DNA from: Chrysomallon squamiferum
Taxonomy: Eukaryota > Animalia > Mollusca
Direction of reading: 5' to 3'
Length of the DNA: 64,000 nt
Assembly (NCBI GenBank): GCA_012295275.1
Contig: CM022672.1
Span: 11,098,001-11,162,000, forward strand
The stretch's first letter is position 1. Each line of letters starts with the position of its first letter. Made by a program: the position numbers and the translations under genes. Below, one piece after another: positions 25,627 to 39,600 of this stretch. The notes below the pieces were generated by a model, which saw nothing but the letters and a program-made list of their open reading frames with translations, did not search any database and had not been told where the DNA came from.

Positions 25627-25839
25627 TTGCTTAATTTTAGTACAAGTACATTTAAAACAACAAATAAACTTGTAATATATTTTAAAAAATAAGAAGAGGA
25701 AGCAAAACAAGAATTTTTTTTTCAAAATCAAATAATAATTTAAAGGAATGTTTAAAATATGTTTTATCAGTAATAATAATAATAATAATAATAATAAATA
25801 TTGCTTATTAAGCATTCAGGTAAGTCTACTTCAGTTTAG

Positions 25840-26110
25840 ACTATTTGAAAATGGTTTGTAATTTTTGCAAGGCTATTTTCATTGAATTGTAACACAGTGT
25901 TAATTTGATTGTTTTGCAGATTAATAGCAACCTGAAATGGCTGAACTGTTGAATAGTTGGTTACTACAACTAACATTTTCATTGGTTGTTTAGGCCGGAA
26001 GCGCGAGCTTTAAAAACAGAAAATTATTGAAACGCTTATTGTCTGACTTTTTGTTGAACATATTTTGTGAAGTAAAATGTTTACATAACCTAAAAGTATT
26101 AATTGGTTGT
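25840..26110 (+). promoter_or_regulatory. Cell-cycle-type promoter elements upstream of securin
   Basis: TTTGAA (CHR) 25844-25849, ATTGG (CCAAT) at 25981 and 26102, CCGGAAG 25995-26001, GCGCG 26001-26005 followed by TTTAAA 26009-26014. Confidence 0.45.
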
Positions 26111-26546
26111 AATAATGTAGCACTTTATTAGTCTTACCTTTTAAAGTTACAATTATATTCGCAAAACGTAGTGATTTACGGGACTTAACCAGAAAATGTA
26201 TTGTTTAAAGACTAAATTTCACAATTTTTGGTTTATCATTTTATGATTGTTGTGATGTCTGTAGATTAATTTCTTTACTAAAATGTTATATTATACTGAT
26301 CAGCGGCGAATCATTATAATATATCAGACTGAATAACAATGAAAAAAGTATATAACGTGAATATTGTTTAGTTTTATTAACATATAATCAGTAAAGAGAC
26401 GTGTGATTTAACCCATTTTGAACATTGGTCACCGACTCACTTAGTTCTGTACCATAATCACAGACGACCAAGAATTGCATGCTCACAGAAGGGAAATATA
26501 ATGCTCTATTGTCGGGGGGTTTTGTGGGTTTTTTGGTGTTTTTTTA

Positions 26547-26829
26547 ACCTTATATTCAATGAGAAAGCCAAAAAATATTGTTGTTTCAAAAGTTTCATTA
26601 TAAAGTTTCATGATAGTTGGAAGGAATTACTAAATTAGTACTATTAATGTGTTATATAAACTGAATATATTTGAAAAATTCCACCATTTTTCTTAACATG
26701 ATAATATATATTCAGTTTATATAACACATTAATAGTACTAATTTAGTAATTCCTTTCAACTATCATGAAACTTTATATTGAAACTTTTGAAACAACAATA
26801 TTTGTTGGCTGTCTCATTGAATATAAGGT
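26547..26829. repeat. 124-bp inverted repeat (4 mismatches, 35-nt loop); foldback/MITE-like
   Basis: 26547-26670 is the reverse complement of 26706-26829 at 120/124 positions. Confidence 0.95.
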
Positions 26830-26888
26830 AAAAAAAACAAAAACATATATGAAATACCTTTTTTATTTTCCATACAGATATAACTAGG

Positions 26889-29218
26889 ATGGCATCACTA
26901 CAGTTTCAGATTCATACTGACCAAGAAAACCTGAGATTTTCTGTATCACCATCAAAAAGAGACCAGAAGACAGTTTCAGGAATACGTAAGACAGTGGAAA
27001 AATATATGAATGAACAATAATTAATCTTTAAAGATCAAAAAATCTATTCAGAATATATTACTTCATAATTATTTATCATTTTATGACTTTAAATATTCTG
27101 TTAAGTATTGCAATTCAGAAAATAGTTTGAAAATTTAAAATTTATGTTATATTTTTATTGTTTATATTGGTATCATACTGTCACTGCATTTTCATTATTT
27201 TATATTTTGTTAACATTTAGAATTTTGTTTTCGGAAAAATTTAAATTCTGGATAGTAGATATTTTATTTTATATTTTGTTTTGTTCAGGTGGCAAAACAT
27301 TTCAGTCAGGTACACCATATGCAGATACTACACCTAGAAAGGCTTTAGGTGATCTGAACAACAGAAGCCTCTCACTATCAGGAAAACCTCAACCGCCTTT
27401 GAAAAATCTAAGTAACACATCTGCTATAAAGAAACCAGTTCAGAACATATTAAAACCATTTAGTACCCATAAGGAAAACAAAGTACTGGGATCAAAAATA
27501 AAACATCATGGAAATCGACAAAACAAACATATACAGGTACCTTGTACTTCTGAAATACTAAATTCACAGTGGCACCTATTCACTAATCATTTATAATTTG
27601 TTTAAAGATTTTACATAGTTTAATAATAATAATAATAATTATTATTTTTTTAAATATAAAAATACTGGTCTTGTTAATTATGCTTGAATTGAACAGTTAA
27701 AACCTTTCAACATTTTCAGTTTATTAATACATATAAAATTGATCACTATAAAACAGTAATGTGACTATGTGAATAGACTAATTTTAAATGGAGTTAATAA
27801 AAACTAATTATCTGCTTCTGTTAACAGAAGGAGACCAACAGAAAACAAAGCTGCACAGCTCCAGAGGCAATTCAAATTTCCTCAGAGCAAAGATTATCCC
27901 ATTCTGAGGAGGATGAAATTGAATACATGCCAGTTGCTCCGAAAATGAAAGGTATTTTTAAATGTCAAACATATAAAACAGAAAAGGTTTAACTTGAATT
28001 GGTCAACCCCATAATCATGATAATGTTTTATTGTATTTGCACATTCAGTCTTCTAAGTGTATATATATGGTTGCATGGATATCTCAGAATAATTAAGCTC
28101 ACATAATGAGGGTCATTTCAAATTTGTATATTTATTTTTACAAGTAAAATTATGTTGCATTTTATAGTGGGTTCTTTTTACAAGATTGCTATAAATTATT
28201 TTGGTTTCAGAGTCACATTAACTGTAGGTTTATATCAACCAAGATAAAGTTAAATGAAAATGTTTTCTTGGATATTTTATTGTATACAATTACTTTTAGC
28301 TGTATAAAAATTAAAGAAAAATGATATTTTACTTAGAATATTTTTATTTATGAAGACTAAATCATTCATGAGACAGTAACACTAAACATTTGTAATATTT
28401 TTTAATGTTTGTAGCATTCATTGCATTTCTGAACACATTGCAGATGATTTTGAAGATATATGGCCAAAGAAGGAACGAGTGAGCACGTATATTGAAAAAT
28501 TAATCAACTGGCGACCACCTTGTCTGTTTGGAATTAATGCTATTAGTGATGATGATGAAGAAGAGGATGAAGAAAAAAAATTACAAGAAATGCAAGATTT
28601 GATTGACAGTTTACCACAACCACAACGAAATACCCCCAGTAAGTTAAACGCCATGACCTTTGATTGGATTACAAAGATCATACATTTATGCAAACAAAAC
28701 AGTTGTGTATATGGAGGAAAATGTATAGTTGTTGCACAAGTATTAATTCTGAGCTTTTTGAAACAATGTTTCACTAAACTGTGAATTATAGAAAATCACA
28801 TGTTAATAGGATGAACATTTAAAATTATTTTTTTACTAATTTTACTGGCTAGGCCAAATTAACTAAGTTAAGAAATAAAATACTGTTATATTTAAATCAT
28901 AACGGTTGACAATTATGTATATTAAGAAGAAAAAAATCATGTCTTATGGTTGATTCAATCTTTCAGTTATCAGTTTATGAAAACATTATTTTACCATGTT
29001 TAATAATACCCTACTCCTTGAAATTTTAATGCAGCTTTTACACATTTTCTTTGACAGAAATTACAGAGGAAGATTTAAAAGCACCTGATTGTCCCCCTGT
29101 ATCTCTTGATGATATTTCATTGCCATTCATAGACGAAACTCTTGTTTTGCCCTCCATGGAGGAATCGTTCAGTGCTTTTCCACATCTTGAGAAGCTCCAG
29201 CTGAATGTGGATTATTAA
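26889..29218 (+). CDS. PTTG1: Securin (separase inhibitor, PTTG1-like), 274 aa
   Basis: Exons 26889-26985, 27289-27536, 27828-27951 (NAGNAG acceptor), 28444-28638, 29058-29218 (825 nt, in frame). N-terminal DQEN, D-box RKALGDLNN, KEN, separase-binding EIEYMP; basic N-half and acidic C-half. Confidence 0.82.
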
Positions 29219-30239
29219 TGATTTTAAAAGACACTAGTCTCAAATCATAGATCAGTTTTAATTTCTCATTTTGTATCATCTATGCAGAACTGCCTATTGA
29301 AGAGTGGGGAAAAATTATGTTTAGTTTTTACTTTATTTTCCAGTTAATGAACCAAAAAAATGTTTCAAGTCAGTTCATTGTACAAAAAAAAAAAAAAAAA
29401 AAAGTTGTTGATCAACATTTTATTTCATGTTATCTTTAATTGCTGATAAATAACTTTTTCTCATTAACTGACAGGCATATTCTGAAAGAGTGACTACTTG
29501 TGGATATTACATTACAAATCTTAAATATCAAGTTTGTCTAGGATTCTGTTGGTTAATACTTTTTGCATAGGACAACAAATATCCATTAAATAATTTATTT
29601 ACTAGTTCCTATATCATTATTTATTTCTCATCATATACTTTTATTTGGCATGCTTTTCTTTTCTGTATGTATTTTTTTTTTGTAAATAAAATACTTTTAG
29701 TTTTGGTTTACTTTTGTCATTGTTGTGTTTGCACTGTACCAAAGATGTTTTTTTTTTTTTAAATGTATAAGATTTCTGAAGATCTAACTACTAACTAGAA
29801 ATCTTTCTTAAATCAATATTTAAATATATGTTCTAGCCAGACAAGCCTTCCTTTCATTCATAAATTCTAGGATTTCTATTTAAAATGAAAAGACCAACTA
29901 AATTCAAAGTATATTTTATTTTTAAATGTTTGTTCAAACAGACATGCCTTGCCTTCATTTTTATTTAAAATGAAAATGCTAATTACAAAGAAGACTTATG
30001 TCCACTCTAATCTTTCAGTAACAAGAAGACGATTTTTGATGGTTGGATCTAATTTCATTCACAATTACTTTCTTTTTTTTAAACCATATTAGAAATTTGT
30101 TCTAAAATTTCAGAGTAATGTTTTTGTATTTTTATTATTATATATTTTTTTAAACTAGACATCAGCTCTAAACAATGAACAATGAACAGCAGAATAGAAA
30201 TTTGAACTTTACTTTAAAGACACAATGTAAATAACATAA

Positions 30240-31851
30240 TCAGACAAAGTCTTCTTCTTTTGAGTCGTATTTGACCAAGTTCTTTTCAATTTGAAGATGA
30301 TGAAGTAATTCGGTCATGGATGGTTTAGGTTCTGGTAGCAGTTCATGTAAATCTTGTAAACTTTGCTGACTAGCTTGTCGCCATTTGTCTATTAATGTCT
30401 GCAAGTGTGACAGATTGTTCTGTTAAAATAAAAATTAATCAAATTAATGGAACTCTGAGGCTTCCAGATTTAGTAAATGTTCAAAAAATAATATAAATCT
30501 ACAAATTTATTGAACCGATACCAAATTATTCAAGAAGTGTTTTTTTTTTCACCTCAGTAATTTAATTCTCATTACAATTGACTAGTTCTATTTTTTTTTT
30601 TTTAAATTATACATGATTTTTACACTCACCTTTGATCTGTACATTTTCACCATTTTTAATTTTCGTAATGTTTCTTCCTTAACTTTTATTTCCTGCACTA
30701 AATTTCTTTGTGAATTTTCTTTCTCAGACAAATTAATATTTAGAGGCTCAGATTTCTTTCTCAGTGGTGAAGAACCATCTAAACCTACAGAACTGAAAGG
30801 TTTTGCTAAATTCAGCTGTGAATAACAATCTAGTTTCTCGCTACTATAATCATCTTTTTTAACATCTGAATGACTAAAGTTCAACCTGGATGTTCTACAA
30901 GAAAGTCTTCTGTTTGTTTTGGATGATAAAGGAGTTTTATTAACAGAAGAAACATTGGACAACAAATTCTTTGCAGAAAATGGTGAATGGTTGAACAATC
31001 TGCTAGCAGGAGAAAGAAAATTATGATCTGAAGATGAGTTTAGATTGTCAGATTCACAATATTTTTCAGAAGATTTTAAATTCTGTGCATCACTACGATG
31101 TGAAGGAGAATAATTATTCTGTAAGTCTTTCCCAGAATCCTGTGAAAGTGGAGCAGACAATACTGGTGAAGATTCAGGTGTTGTTCTCTCAAGGCAGATT
31201 TTCTTTGCAGGAGTTGATGTGTGGTATCGACCACAACGTTTCAATTTATTCTTTAGACTTGAACTCATCTGAAAGTACAGTTACTAAATGAACAGCATAC
31301 ATTCTTATAATTTACTTGTGACTGAATCTATAAGAAAAATCTACTACTGACAATTTTATAGCTATGAAGCCTTAAAATTACCAGTAGTAGATTTTTACTC
31401 TTTGTTTCTGTCTCATTATTTTTATTATTATTTTTTTAAATATTAAATACCAGCAGCCAGCAATTGAACACATCCCAGATTTACTAAAAGAGATTAACTG
31501 TATATCCTGTATTACTAAAGTGACATAAAGTAACTTTACATAAAAGAATGTTTTGTTATCCTTTCTGTCATTTAAGGTTATTTTAAAAATGTTAATTACA
31601 CAATTTCTTAAAGCACAAATAAACGACAGATTGTGACTTAATAAAATATTGAAGTCCAATATATTAAATTTAATAAATATTACATAAACCTTTCAGTAAC
31701 AAATGACAAAACACAAGATCTAACAGTTGCTCTGGCAGAATTAATTTAATTACTTTAATATTAAAAGGTAATAATAAAATTTTATTACCTGTCCAGATGA
31801 GAGAGGTGTCAAGGGTTTTGCTCTAGTTTTCTCTTCGGGTGTACAACTCAT
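30240..31851 (-). CDS. SFR1: Swi5-dependent recombination DNA repair protein 1 homolog (Mei5/Sfr1), 293 aa
   Basis: Exons 31851-31789, 31268-30630, 30419-30240. [46 protein letters not shown] and C-terminal VKYDSKEEDF match SFR1. Confidence 0.92.
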
Positions 31852-32268
31852 TTTTAAAATTTTTCTTTTTAACAAGAACTTTTCTAGAATTATAAGAATA
31901 AAATGATTTAAATACATAGTCTCATTACAAACTTCTAAACAACTGATGTTTGGTGGTGTCAGGATATACCTAGAATTTGTATTTATTATTTTTAAACAGA
32001 GTTTATTTCAAAACTTATACGAACTTTAATATTAAGTTAATATATATATATATATATATATTATTTAATCATTCATTACCAGATTGTGATTATGTCGATC
32101 AAATAACATTTCTTTTAACGATCTTCTTAATTTACTATCTCTATAGTATATAACAACGTATATACTATTCATTGTGTATTTTGAATCCAGTTTAGATTAA
32201 TGTTTATTGAATGGTTCAATTAGCTGTATCATTTTCATAATTTTTGTGTATACAATTATTTTAGATAA

Positions 32269-32300
<32 letters not shown>

Positions 32301-32632
32301 GTTCACAATTTTTTTTGTTTATTATTAATTATTATAATTTAAAAAACAGTAAATGTTTCCACATCAACAATAATCATTTTGATATTAAAAGATAACTGTT
32401 TTGATACTGTGTAAAGCAGCACTTACAAAAATAAGGCCAGCCTTCATCTAGCTTTTAATTTTATTAACAAAAATTAGTTTGACATCACTAAGCAAGAACA
32501 TGTCATCTCGCGTGATAATACGGAAAAGGCAATAAATGAGAAAACAAAAAGAAACACGTTTCAGATACGTGCTACGCTTCCTATAACATTTGTGTTAAAA
32601 TAGCAAGCACCTGTTAACCACTCTAAGTGGAT

Positions 32633-32647
32633 GGCGGTCAGTTCAAA
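32633..32647 (+). promoter_or_regulatory. CDE/CHR-like element in the SFR1/NCAPH divergent promoter
   Basis: GGCGG, 4-nt spacer, TTCAAA (inverted CHR TTTGAA). Non-coding exon donor G|GTAAGA at 32687. Confidence 0.45.
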
Positions 32648-33637
32648 AGCTTATTATTTTTTAAAGTTGAAAATCATCTAAATTTGGTAAGAATTATTAT
32701 GTTATTATTGTTATTAAATTATAGACATATGTCAAAAAAAAAAAATACGTTTTACTGAGAATACAGTAATGTTTTTTTTTAATGGTACATCATTGACAGT
32801 CTGAGTCTGCTAAATTTAAGTCTAAGACCGAGTCCTTTGTTGTGGTATTACTATTACTTGATATCATATGCGATAAAATTTTCAAAATCATTAATTTCCT
32901 AAAACATTATACAACATTAAGAAGAGGAAAAATGACACCAAGATCGAAAAAAACGTTACCAATTTTTATCGGAATAATTTTTTTGCGGTTATTTTATTTT
33001 CATTATCTACTGACAAACTCTGATCCGTTTCTGTCATTTTGCAGCATAAACACTATATATATCGCATATATATATATATATATCCACTATCCATGTATTA
33101 TGTATCAAAATGATGATTTTTATGAGTTCTAAACCTCTAAATGTTAAATAGCAGATAATACTGTGAAAATCATAATGAAAATATCACAAACTGAACCAGT
33201 TTATTATTCAGTGATTGTTAAACACCAAACGAATTTGAAAACGTCAGATTAATTAACCATGATCAATCTCTGAGAACATTAAATTGATTAGTAACATTAA
33301 AAGAAAGTAATTACAATGTAAAATAATAATAAATAAACAACAACAACAAGAAGTAAATAAATAAATCTTAATAATAAAATACATGAATTGCTTAAAAAAG
33401 AAAACAACAATAGCAGGACTATTTTACTGTATGTATGGTCTTTAAATTTAACCATGGATGTGATGCCATATAATAATATCTTTAAAATACTTATTTAAAG
33501 TATTTGTTTTTTACATTTCCTTGTTGTTGTTTTTTGGTTTCTTAGTTTTTGTTACTGATTTTTTTTTATTACTGCTATTTTCTTCTGAATGAAGAACTAA
33601 TAGACATTGTTTTTTTTATAATTACAGACTGGTCACC

Positions 33638-36600
33638 ATGTCGACAAGACGTGAAGTCTTGTCACCAATTAGTAACACACCTGTAAGCCAACAACAGTCA
33701 TCAGAAAAATTTGTTTCCCCATCAACAAGTCATGATGTTGGATTACAAAGTCCTGTTACACAGCTAAATTCTGTTCATGATTATGAAAAAGAAAGAAAGG
33801 AAAGAAGAAGATCTCGTATATTGGATTTGCAGAGAAAACATCTTGGCAGTCCTAATTCTCCATCAGACAGGTAAAATATTAATCAAAAATATATTTTTAT
33901 TTTTGGCAGTGGTCTTTGTATTGTTTGTATCTGTGACAGTAAATAACAAAATAGGTATGTAACATGTGTGGAAGTACTATCTGTCGTAAAGCATGCATTA
34001 GTGACATGATTAACTAATCTGTTTTATTTACAGTAATTTCAGTTATGATTATTTATTCAGTTGCTAGGCAAAAACAGATAAAACAACAATATTGAAGTAT
34101 GGAAGACTCTTTATATTCTTAAATTAATTATTAGACATATATTAATCTGTTATCATTAGAAGAATTTTGCCTTAGTTTGAGCAAATAATATTTTATTTGT
34201 CAAAATATATTTGTTTCATTAGTTTATTTTTATTTTTATTTTCATTTTTTTAATGGTTATAAGGTAAAGTCAAAATCTTTAACTCTTTTTATTATAACCG
34301 TTCTATGAACTGTTTCAGAGTGACTCCACTTAATGGACTAAGCAACGTGCAGCTGGCAGAACATTATGAAAAATGTATCAAGCTTTCAGTCGAAAATGTA
34401 AGTAATGTTTAGCAAGGATTTTAAAACATATTCTAGCTGTTGGGGGGGATACAAATTTGAATTACATCACTGATTAAAATATAAGAATTAAGTTTCAAAC
34501 TGTAAAGTCATTCAAATTTAAAATTAATGTTATTGCAAAAAAATGAAAACGTAAATGAACTGCCTTGAGTATTATTTTTATTTTTATAGTATAATTTCTA
34601 TTTATTTCATTTCTCTTATGGGATGCACCACCAGTCTATAGCAGGGTATGATTTATTAAGTAAAGTCAGACTACATCTTTTCAATTTCATTGTAGAAAAT
34701 TAATTCAAAAAATGCTTTCGGACTTCATCTTATTGATTGCATGTCCGAAATGTTGAACAAGAAAGAACTAGAAAACTTTCAGGTAATTTTTAAATTTTTT
34801 TTAGTTTTATTAATTTATTAAAATAACAGATTAACCAGTTAATATTGTTTTATTTAATGTTACTTAATAACACAGAGCAGAATTGATAATTGATATTTCA
34901 TAAATATTGTTAATACTTATGAAATATCAATTATCAAAATTATTAAAATAATATTTTCCTTTGTTTTTAGTCATACATTTTTTTTTTGATAATAATAATG
35001 ATAATAAGTATAATATTAATAGAAAAAAAAATTATGAGAAAAAGTCCTCCAAAAACCATAAATACTGGAATATTCTTCTAATAAATTTTTTAACAACAAA
35101 GCATTTGGTTGAAATATTTATTGAAATTTTTAACTGTTATATTTCTTTAGGTAGCCAGTTACACGCTTGACGCTAGTGCTAAAATTTATGCAGCTCGTGT
35201 AGATTTTATGCATGCGGAAGCCTACAAACTTCTGTCAGAGCTTGGCCGAGGTTCTGACAAATCTAAAAACACATCTGAAAATGGTACATTCTTTATTTTT
35301 TTATTTACATATTCATAAATATATATATATATTTTTTTCTTCTTCCTTCAATCAGATAACAAACCAAATAAAGAAGGCATAAGATTAAATATCAAGATGG
35401 CTTTATTTATAAAATTAATGTGACTTACAGGACTTGATTAACTGGAAAGGATTATTATATCCAGACAAAAACACAAATATATCTTTTATTATTATATAGA
35501 AAAAAATAGTTCAAACTTTATTTTTTTTCATTTTTAAATTTTGGATTAACAGATAATCTAGACGCAGATATTGAAAATAATGAACAAGAAGAGGAAGGTC
35601 AGAAGAAAAAGAGAAAGGTTGGTTTAGATATTTTATTTGATCTTTATCAGAAATATAGTTAATAAGCTTATAGTCCTGCAGAGGACTATTTGGACCTTTG
35701 GTTCATACAATTAAGGGTTTAGAATAATACATTTTTTAATTTTTGTGGAATAAACAATAAAAGCTGTAAGATACAACTATCACAATCAGTTTGAGATCAC
35801 TGTATACAACATTCCTGGCTTTTCCATTGGAAGAGAGAATGAATTAATTCTTTTCATTACTAACTCTTGAATGTCCAGCAAAAAACTGACAATTTATACA
35901 GATTTCCAATATTTTTTAAAGACATTAATATAATATTTATATTATGTTTTTCTTTATGTTCATAAATTTTACTGCACAAAGAAATTATTACCTCTTCAGT
36001 TGAAAATGGATTAAGATGCGCACTTCTGCAATATTATTCTTTTCATGTGTCATAACATGTTACATTTATTAAATTAACCAAAGATTATTAGATGGCAGTG
36101 GACATTGCTGACATGGTGGGCACCACTAACATGAATGTTGCCAACATAGTAGTCATCACTGACATCACTGTGGCAATCACAGTCTCAAACAATGTTATAT
36201 TCAGTACTGTTTAAGACTCTTTTGTTAGTATTTTTTGTGAACACACAAACATGAACAGATTTGCTTTTGTTTATATATATTTTGTGAAGAATCGGTTTTG
36301 ATAAACTTTGACACCAATGTTGTCAATTTATCAAATTTATTAGAAACTTTATTAATCTTGTTTTTAAATTAAGAAAATGATTTTGTCTTAATTATTTTAT
36401 GTTCATCCCTATTATTTCCACATAATGGTTTTTATTAATTATGGTGAAATAATAAAACATCTGGCAGAAGAGAACAGGATGACATAATCATATTGGTATC
36501 TACAGTGTTCTTATTTTGCATGAAGAACCATACACTAATGTTTCTTGTTTCTAAATCATGTCACTTCAAAGCTTGCTCATTAAAGTTGATTAAAATATTT

Positions 36601-39600
36601 GCATTTACAGGCAAAGAAGAGTCGCACAGTTGAAACAAATTTGAAAAATATCAGTATGAACAAATCTGACATTGAATTTGAGGTACCTTAACTTTTGTTA
36701 TAAGATTAAATCAGAATTAATTCAGGTTTTATATCAACTGGTTTTTTTTCTTCTTTAAGAAAGAAAAAAAATAGTTGATAGTAAAACAGGAGAGCAATGA
36801 AATCTATCAAAAACAGAAATCAAGCTTTTTGCTAACATACAAATAATAATAGTGATGAATTAATTGGGCTATAAAATGCATGTCTACAACGTATAATGAT
36901 ATGTGTATTGTTTGATAAAGTTATTTATTTTTTTACTTTTCTATTATTTTTTTTATCTATAAGGAGTATATTTAAATTGCTAAATGCATTTAAGGTTCTA
37001 AACATAACATTTTCTAAATTTTATAATTTACATAGCAGATCTTTGACTGATTTCTGAAATTAACAAGAACAAACATTAATCTTGAACTTTTTTAATAGAA
37101 TATCTGACTGTTCAAATATTCTCTACTTATAAACTGTAATGTTTTCTCTGATTATATATTTGTTTAGGTAGACCCTATGTTCCATATAATGTCAGGAGCA
37201 TTTGCTGAGGGTGGCTCAGATGGCTTGTTACTCAGCAATCTGAGATGTTTCGATGACACACAACAGTTAGTTTTAGATTCATCCACAGTAATACCAGTGA
37301 CTGATAACTCTGAAAGGAAAGTGTCTGAAAGAAAACCTATTTCTGATACTGCAGAACTGAAAGGTACAGTCAATGAAAAAAAAACAATTGTTTCTAAAGA
37401 AGACATTTTTTAAAACCTCATTTCATATTCTCTATATTTTACTTTAAGATAAATAAAAAAAGTACCAAAAATAGTTAAAATGTTATTTAATTTGTTTTAA
37501 TTTATGCTTTCTTTTGTTACAGATCTTCTACAGAAAGCAGACTTGGATAACAAACAGATCTGTCCTGCATTTCATGATTTCACATTTTGTGGCTGGGATA
37601 ATGTATGTTTTTTAACAATGTTTTGTAATAAATGTTTGTTGTAGCTTTGAGAATCATGGCAAATATTATCTGAAATATAATGGCAGACATTTAATTGAAA
37701 TGAATTTAAAATTTGCTCAGTTTTAAATTGAAAAAGTTTAATAACAATTTATCAAAAGTAAAGATTTCTTAGAAGAGTATAAATATGGTTTCCATATATT
37801 TGGTTAATATTACATGTGAGGTGTCATGTGGATTTGAATTCTATTTACTTATTTTTTTCCTTCAGAAACTAGTAATTAATATATTTTTTTTTTAAATTTA
37901 ATTTAAAAAAACAAAAAAATATTAAGCTTATCATAATGTTAAATTTGGAAACATTTACAATGAACTTTAATGAAATATATTGAAATGCAATAAACTCTTT
38001 AGATTTGGGGAAACTTTTATTACATTTTATTATGAAACTAACATGTATGTTGTGAGATAAATTAGTCTAAGTTGTTTTTGCAGTACACAAGTAGTACCAA
38101 AGGCCAGTCTGATTTCATATTTGATATGAATGCTGAGCCTGAACCCATACCACAAGTTGAAGATGAATTCCCTGAAATGCAGTCTGAGATGGCTGCTGGA
38201 CTTAGTGGTAGTGATGCAGGTAATAATTTTCCTTTACAATTAACAAACTCTGAGATACAGAAAATATTATATAGGATTCTTAAAATCATGTTTTTGGTAG
38301 AATAAAATCATCTGGGATGAATTACACATCCCGAAATTGCTGTTAACTTTCTTAATAATGAACACAAAAACAAAACATAAATAAATAAAATTAAATAATA
38401 ATCAACATAATAAACATACATTTAACAAACCCTATATGTAACACTAATTCATCAAGAATATTTATACACATTGACTTTTGTCTGTGTTATGCAAAGGGCA
38501 CAGTGCTAACATTATTTTATTATTATTTATTTCTCTCAATGATTCTATTCTAATAACACTTACTTCTGGTTTTCAAAGATCTAAAAAGATGTTTGTTTTG
38601 AATGTTACAGAGGATGATGTTATTCCAAACGAGACCTCGGAGTGTAAAATTGTTGAAGACAGTAGAACTGCTCAGTTGATGGACAGAGCATTTGAAGATC
38701 TCACGTAAGTGTGTGATTGGCCCTCATGAGTGGGCTTAGTTTATCCATTAATATTACAAGGTTATTTTTTATAAGAACCTTCTCATGAACATGAAAGCAT
38801 GAAATTGGGCACTGGTTGGAACCAGAAGCAGCACAACGAGTGCACTCAGAATGATTGATTGTGATGTTGTTGGTGTATGTATATTTGTAAAACATTAGAC
38901 ACATATCAATATACATGTTAATAAAATTATATTAACATTGTGGAAAAAATCTTTTTTGCAACAAATCAATTTTATCTCCTTATTTTACAATGTTTTTTTA
39001 AATTAATGATAAAAAACAAAATTGCTTCAAAGTTCCTCAGCATTTTTATTTGAAGTAAACAGAAATATTTAGGCTGTTGATATAAAAGTTGAGGATCAAA
39101 GAAATGGCTCTTTCAACTCATCTATCATTCACATTTAGTTATTGGAATACATTTCACTTTAATATTAAATAATATTTATTAATAATAATTCTTCTTATTA
39201 ATAAACTTAATTTTTTTTTTAGTCATGGCAGTACGGGAACGTTGCTGCAGATTTTGGCTTCGGAGCCATCTGACTACTCATATTTTAAAAAGGCAATTCT
39301 ACAGACATGGGCTGGACCATCCCATTGGCGGATAGGAAATTTGTCCAAAGATTCTCGACTGAAGAGCATGAACAAACCTCAGAAATCTAAAATAAAAAAG
39401 TCAGCCTTGCGAATTGACTATGACCAGACTGACGACTGCGAGTATTTCAAGAAATCCAAAACAACAACACTGACCAAACGGACACTGAGTGGCTACAGCA
39501 AAGATCAGACAACTCTGCCCCCAGATCTTCACTACGATGTCAACAAGCTTTTCAAACTGTTTTATCATCCAAAAATAATGGTATATAACAAATTTTATTT

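Noticed and set aside
25531-25815. ORF with poly-L/N/I runs, and similar short hydrophobic ORFs across the window
   Set aside because: Translations of microsatellites and AT-rich introns.
36092-36186. Degenerate ~18-nt CAYYRCTRACAT periodicity in an NCAPH intron
   Set aside because: Too degenerate and short to call; no frame or structure.
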